Assembly: GCA_028713935.1 (NCBI GenBank)
Contig: JAQTNI010000047.1
Location: 1 to 9,189, forward strand
Direction: 5' to 3'
DNA: 9,189 nt
Source of the DNA: Candidatus Iainarchaeum sp.
Lineage (GTDB): Archaea > Iainarchaeota > Iainarchaeia > Iainarchaeales > GCA-2688035
The translations under genes and the position numbers were made by a program. Of the stretch, positions 6,328 to 9,189 are shown piece after piece; the stretch's first letter is position 1; each line of letters begins with the position of its first letter. Under the pieces are notes generated by a model. That model did no database searches. It was not told the DNA's origin and saw only the letters and a program-made list of their open reading frames with translations.

Positions 6328-6834
6328 TCACCGTATTTGTTTCTTTTTTGCAAAAATTTTTTGTGCCAAAAGCATAATCAAAAAGCTGAAAAGCAGGCCA
6401 AAGCCCGCTTCTCCAATCAAGGCGCCTGTTTTTTGTTCAAGGCTGCCAATTGGAACAGCATTAACCGCAAAAATAAAAATTGGGATCAAGTTTTTAATCA
6501 CAATTTCAATTGTCAAAGTATAGGCTGTGCCTGAAAATGGCCAGAGCAATGCCATTGGGCCGCCAATATCAAGCAAAAAATGCGAAGCAAGGTAAAAAGC
6601 GCTTATTCCAAGAATTGTTTTTGTTTCAGGAATTTTTTTCAGCCTGCAAACAACAAAAATTATTGCAAGGATTGCGAGCGCAACAAAAATTGAGTGAAAG
6701 CCGCGCCTGAAATTAAGCACAGTGCCAATGTCAAGAATAACTGTTAAAGGCAATAACAGGAAAACCCATTTGCTCCTTAAGCCGAAAAGCGCAAGCAGGC
6801 CAAGAGGAACAAGAATGTGGAAAATCCAGTCCAA
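6328..6834 (-). CDS. Membrane-bound metal-dependent hydrolase-like protein (DUF457 / YdjM-YbcI family-like)
   Basis: This is a 168-aa track ORF with a TTG start at 6834. The start is preceded by AGGTG (6845-6841) and a 6-nt T spacer. It is a hydrophobic protein with spaced His/Asp motifs reminiscent of DUF457: HILVPLG at the N-terminus, LDIG, RRGFHS, SHFLLD, LLWPFS. The family call is by eye only. Confidence 0.7.
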   Translation of the reverse strand: MDWIFHILVPLGLLALFGLRSKWVFLLLPLTVILDIGTVLNFRRGFHSIFVALAILAIIFVVCRLKKIPETKTILGISAFYLASHFLLDIGGPMALLWPFSGTAYTLTIEIVIKNLIPIFIFAVNAVPIGSLEQKTGALIGEAGFGLLFSFLIMLLAQKIFAKKKQIR

Positions 6835-6869
6835 AAAAACACCTAAATTGCTAAAAAAACCAAAGGGTT

Positions 6870-6885
6870 AATTATAAAAATAATT
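6870..6885 (-). promoter_or_regulatory. Candidate TATA element inside a small palindrome (AATTAT-AAAA-ATAATT) for the minus-strand membrane operon
   Basis: The A/T-rich palindrome lies about 43 nt upstream of the TTG start at 6834. That spacing would give a short leader carrying the AGGTG SD. The call is weak because the whole spacer is AT-rich. Confidence 0.3.
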
Positions 6886-6908
6886 GCTTGTTTTTGTTTT
6901 AAACTGCC

Positions 6909-6958
6909 TTTTCTTTCTTTGAAAAAGAAAGAAAATGTAAGTTGCCAAAAGAAAGAAA
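6909..6958. repeat. Perfect 12-bp inverted repeat TTTTCTTTCTTT-gaa-AAAGAAAGAAAA plus a third purine copy (AAAAGAAAGAAA) 12 nt downstream
   Basis: Checked base by base: 6909-6920 is the exact reverse complement of 6924-6935, with a 3-nt spacer. The purine arm is repeated directly at 6947-6958. A further 7-bp inverted repeat (CCAAAAG at 6945-6951, CTTTTGG at 6966-6972) overlaps the third copy. The element lies between the two divergent putative promoters. Confidence 0.6.
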
Positions 6959-6992
6959 TCACGGCCTTTTGGTAAATAATATGTTCTTTGAA

Positions 6993-7004
6993 TTATTATA
7001 AAAA
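6993..7004 (+). promoter_or_regulatory. Candidate TATA box (TTATTATAAAAA) for the trm112-orphan-CYTH operon
   Basis: The A/T-rich box lies about 31-42 nt upstream of the ATG at 7035, and a GGTG (7026-7029) has 5 nt between it and the ATG. This is consistent with a short-leader transcript. Confidence 0.35.
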
Positions 7005-7034
7005 GCCATTGCAGCTAATCTTTTCGGTGTGCGA

Positions 7035-7205
7035 ATGGAATTAAACAAAAAACTGCTTGAAATAATTGCCTGCCCAAAATGCAAGGGCACTCCTTTTTAC
7101 AACAAAAAAGAAAACAAGCTGGTCTGCAAAAAATGCAAACTGGCTTACAAGATAGAAAACAATATTCCAATAATGCTGGTTGAAAAAGCCGAGAAAACAA
7201 AGTGA
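7035..7205 (+). CDS. trm112: Trm112 family protein (UPF0434; zinc-ribbon activator subunit of SAM-dependent methyltransferases)
   Basis: This 56-aa ORF falls below the track's length cut-off and was found by hand: MELNKKLLEIIACPKCKGTPFYNKKENKLVCKKCKLAYKIENNIPIMLVEKAEKTK, with a TGA stop at 7203-7205. It matches the Trm112/YcaR signature: LLEILACP.CKG.L.......L.C..C...Y.I.dGIP.ML..EA, with four Cys (CPKC...CKKC). The track shows only a spurious antisense ORF here (7015..7221). Confidence 0.85.
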   Translation: MELNKKLLEIIACPKCKGTPFYNKKENKLVCKKCKLAYKIENNIPIMLVEKAEKTK

Positions 7206-7214
7206 GTGTTTCGA

Positions 7215-7811
7215 ATGGCAAGTAAACGCACCTTAGAAAAATTGTTCAGCGGAAGAAAACCAAAAAGCCTTTGGGGCGGAGCAGGAAAAGCTGAGCGCGC
7301 AAAATACAAAAGCAGGCGAGGACAGGTTTCTGGCGGGCGCAGCGGATTAAGCCTTAAAAGAGTTTACCAAGAACTCGTGCAAATATCAAAATTGCCTGGG
7401 CCAAAGGGGTTAGCAATGGAAAATTATTATTTGAAAACATTTTGCAGCAAGGGAACTCAAAAGATGATGGCAAATTTTTTTCCATTTGGTGAAATAAGCG
7501 GAGTCCAAAATTTCCAAACAACCTCGAACAGAATCCGAAAAACACTGCTGAATTATTCTTCGGGAAATAGCCCCAAGTTGCATTCGCTTCTTCAGGCTGT
7601 TGAAGTGGCAATCAAAGATGTAGAAGGAAGTTCAAAAAAAATCAGTCAAATTGCACTCAATAGTAATATCCAGAAAAGTGATTTTGGCAAAGCAGCAGAG
7701 GTACGGCACACATTTGAAAATAGGACTGAGTTTACCTCCTCTTGTCTTATCCTCTTGAAAACAAGCATTACAAACCGTTTAGGCGAATTGGATCAAAAAC
7801 AAGAAAGGTGA
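7215..7811 (+). CDS. Hypothetical protein with a strongly basic, Gly/Ser/Arg/Lys-rich N-terminal ~50 aa; no family recognised
   Basis: The track ORF is 7206..7811 with a GTG start; the ATG at 7215 is preferred. An open frame of about 200 codons in AT-rich DNA is unlikely to arise by chance. Its TGA stop (7809-7811) is embedded in the AAGGTGA SD of the downstream CYTH gene, and it starts 10 nt after the trm112 stop. I see no recognisable motifs. Confidence 0.65.
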   Translation: MASKRTLEKLFSGRKPKSLWGGAGKAERAKYKSRRGQVSGGRSGLSLKRVYQELVQISKLPGPKGLAMENYYLKTFCSKGTQKMMANFFPFGEISGVQNFQTTSNRIRKTLLNYSSGNSPKLHSLLQAVEVAIKDVEGSSKKISQIALNSNIQKSDFGKAAEVRHTFENRTEFTSSCLILLKTSITNRLGELDQKQER

Positions 7812-7818
7812 TTTTTTT

Positions 7819-8352
7819 ATGAACGAAGTTGAGCTTAAAATTCTGGAAATTAGCATTCCTGCAGTTGAAAAAAAGCTCAGGAAGCTGCATGCAAAAAAAA
7901 TTTTTTCGGGAATCCTGGAAACAAGCTATTTTGATTTTCCTGGAAACAAGCTGCGCAGAAAAAGCAGGGTGCTGAGGCTAAGGGTAATAGAGGGAAAAAC
8001 CTTCCTGACATTCAAAATGCGCATGCCAGTAAAAAAAGCAGTTTCTTCCGAAGAAACTGAATTTGAAGTGGGAAATTTCAAAAAGGCAAGCCATTTTCTG
8101 CACAGGCTCGGCCTGAAAACAACTTTTTCTTACAGGAAAAAAAGGGTTTCCTACAGGATGAAAAAAGTGCGAATTGAGCTTGAACAATATCTCGGCAAAT
8201 TCAGCAGGATAAAGCCTTTTCTGGAAATAGAAGCACAGAATGAAAAGGATGCATACAATGCAGTTGGGGCACTGGGATTTTCAGAAAAAGATGCAAAGGT
8301 CTGGCATTCCGGGCAATTGTTCAAATATTACAAAATGAAAGTTTTTGAATAA
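7819..8352 (+). CDS. CYTH-domain protein (triphosphate tunnel metalloenzyme; CyaB-like class IV adenylyl cyclase / triphosphatase family)
   Basis: This is a 177-aa track ORF. It has the N-terminal ExExK signature (MNEVELKI), followed by the alternating beta-strand basic/acidic pattern of the tunnel (RLRV, LTFK, ETEFEV, RIELEQ, FLEIEA). The size is typical of single-domain CYTH proteins. The SD AAGGTGA (7805-7811) is separated from the ATG by 7 nt. Confidence 0.85.
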   Translation: MNEVELKILEISIPAVEKKLRKLHAKKIFSGILETSYFDFPGNKLRRKSRVLRLRVIEGKTFLTFKMRMPVKKAVSSEETEFEVGNFKKASHFLHRLGLKTTFSYRKKRVSYRMKKVRIELEQYLGKFSRIKPFLEIEAQNEKDAYNAVGALGFSEKDAKVWHSGQLFKYYKMKVFE

Positions 8353-8354
8353 AA

Positions 8355-8397
8355 AAACTTTTTCGGAGCGCTCACTGCGTTCGCTTCCAAAAAGTTT
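8355..8397. terminator. Imperfect long hairpin between convergent CYTH and pyrG genes; candidate bidirectional terminator
   Basis: 8355-8370 (AAACTTTTTCGGAGCG) pairs with 8382-8397 (CGCTTCCAAAAAGTTT), with one mismatch and one G-U, around an 11-nt loop. It is flanked by A/T runs that read as oligo-T on either strand. It starts 3 nt after the CYTH stop codon. Confidence 0.4.
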
Positions 8398-8444
8398 ACA
8401 AAAAACAGCCATATAATTTTGGATTACAATAAAAAATTGATTAC

Positions 8445-9189
8445 TTATTTTCCGGCGCCTGCTGCTTTCACAAATGCCAGAAACATTTCGTCGGGATGCA
8501 GTGGCCTGCTTGTGAATTCTGGATGAAATTGTGAGGCCATGAAAAATTTGTGCTTTGGCAGTTCCAGAACCTGCATTATTGGCTGGCCAGGCGCTTTTCC
8601 GGAAAAAACAACTCCGCCTTCTTTCTCAAATTTTTCAATGTAATCAGGATTGCATTCAAACCTGTGCCTGAATCTCCTTCGAATTGTTTTTGCATTGCCA
8701 AATATTTTTGAAGCAAAAGTTCCCGGCTTGATTTCAATGTCTTTTCCTCCCAAGCGCATGTTGCCTCCAAGGCCTTCAATCTTTTTTTGCTCGGGAAGAA
8801 TGTCAACAACGGGGTCTTTTGCGTTTGGGGAGAATTCAGTGCTGTTGGCTTCTTTAAGGTTCAGGGCATTGCGCGCAATTTCAATCAATGCAATCTGAAA
8901 ACCAAGGCACAATCCAAGGTAAGGGATATTTTTTTCCCTGCAGTGCTTTGCAACAGAAATTTTTCCTTCAATGCCCCTTGCGCCAAAGCCACCCGGCACA
9001 ATTACCCCGTCAACGCCTTTCAATGCTTCCGCAACTTTGCCGATTTTTTCTATTTCAGTTGTTTCAATCCATTTTACTTCAAAGCATTTTTTGGTTGCAA
9101 AAGAGCAGTGTTCAAGAGCCTTCAAAATGCTGATATAAGTGTCATTGCTTCCAGTGTACTTTCCAGCAATGCCGATTACAATCGGTTTT
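8445..9189 (-). CDS. pyrG: CTP synthase, C-terminal part (end of the synthetase domain plus the glutamine amidotransferase domain); its 5' end runs off the right edge
   Basis: The track ORF 8445..9125 begins at an internal TTG. The same frame stays open to the window edge (hand translation upstream: KPIVIGIAGKYTGSNDTYISILKALEH). It carries the GATase class-I motifs of PyrG: GVIVPGGFGARGIEGKI, YLGLCLGFQ (catalytic Cys), and FMASQFHPEF (His/Glu). Confidence 0.95.
   Translation of the reverse strand, partial: KPIVIGIAGKYTGSNDTYISILKALEHCSFATKKCFEVKWIETTEIEKIGKVAEALKGVDGVIVPGGFGARGIEGKISVAKHCREKNIPYLGLCLGFQIALIEIARNALNLKEANSTEFSPNAKDPVVDILPEQKKIEGLGGNMRLGGKDIEIKPGTFASKIFGNAKTIRRRFRHRFECNPDYIEKFEKEGGVVFSGKAPGQPIMQVLELPKHKFFMASQFHPEFTSRPLHPDEMFLAFVKAAGAGK

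Noticed and set aside
5302-6534. Plus-strand ORFs 5302..5874, 5920..6105 and 6118..6534
   Set aside because: All are antisense to the well-supported TraB and DUF457-like genes. They have Ser/Phe/Lys-rich shadow-ORF composition and no translation signals.
7015-7221. 68-aa minus-strand ORF in the track
   Set aside because: It is antisense to the clear 56-aa Trm112 gene on the plus strand.
7206-7225. tRNA-like T-loop string (GTTTCGAATGG)
   Set aside because: There is no flanking acceptor, D or anticodon stem complementarity. It lies at the junction of two CDSs. No tRNA, rRNA or C/D-box sRNA motifs were found elsewhere in the window by eye.
7206-7811. Possibility that this region is a structured ncRNA (RNase P RNA, SRP RNA) rather than a CDS, because the protein has no recognisable family and odd composition
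   Set aside because: A ~200-codon open frame in AT-rich DNA is very unlikely to arise by chance. The frame is bracketed by operon-style junctions, with its stop inside the next gene's SD. I saw no RNase P CR-I/CR-V-like or SRP-like conserved strings. The 85-aa antisense ORF 7354..7611 is likewise rejected.
8576-9133. Track ORFs 8576..8809 (-), 8650..8898 (+) and 8888..9133 (+)
   Set aside because: These are alternative-frame or antisense ORFs inside pyrG, whose frame carries unmistakable CTP synthase / GATase motifs.
1-9189. CRISPR array, transposase/integrase, toxin-antitoxin or known defence-system genes
   Set aside because: There are no regularly spaced direct repeats and no terminal inverted repeats flanking any gene. 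No protein here has nuclease/ATPase defence signatures or recombinase motifs. The window reads as core or housekeeping-type chromosome.

Overview
This is an AT-rich (about 40% GC by eye) chromosomal segment with 13 protein-coding genes, two of them cut by the window edges. I found no rRNA, tRNA, CRISPR array, transposase, integrase or recognisable defence gene.

Gene order:
- HTH-XRE/CBS regulator (minus strand, partial; absent from the ORF track)
- metK (plus)
- EamA/DMT transporter (minus)
- MarC-family membrane protein (plus)
- PHP phosphoesterase, then a stand-alone tRNA-binding domain protein (plus, translationally coupled)
- a minus-strand membrane operon: DUF457/YdjM-like hydrolase, TraB-family protein, DUF6498-like protein
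- a plus-strand operon: Trm112 (56 aa; absent from the track), a basic orphan protein, a CYTH enzyme
- pyrG (minus, partial)

The host is probably an uncultivated, small-genome archaeon (DPANN-like). Three things point that way. A/T-rich TATA-like octamers sit about 25-28 nt upstream of several first-gene start codons, implying leaderless mRNAs. Operon-internal genes use GGTGA Shine-Dalgarno sites. The gene content (COG3620-type HTH-CBS, TraB, short Trm112) also fits. This assignment is inference, and metK is of the bacterial/eukaryotic type.

The region is mostly housekeeping. The parts I think deserve a second look are:
1. The divergent HTH-CBS regulator/metK pair, with a perfect 18-bp palindrome on the regulator promoter. 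It may be a protein-based SAM sensor.
2. A metK leader hairpin that buries the Shine-Dalgarno site.
3. The palindromic CTTTCTTT/AAAGAAAG motif, shared by the metK leader and the trm112 upstream region.
4. The trm112-orphan-CYTH operon.
5. The three-gene membrane hydrolase/TraB operon.

All functional links are hypotheses drawn from sequence reading only. No database search was possible.
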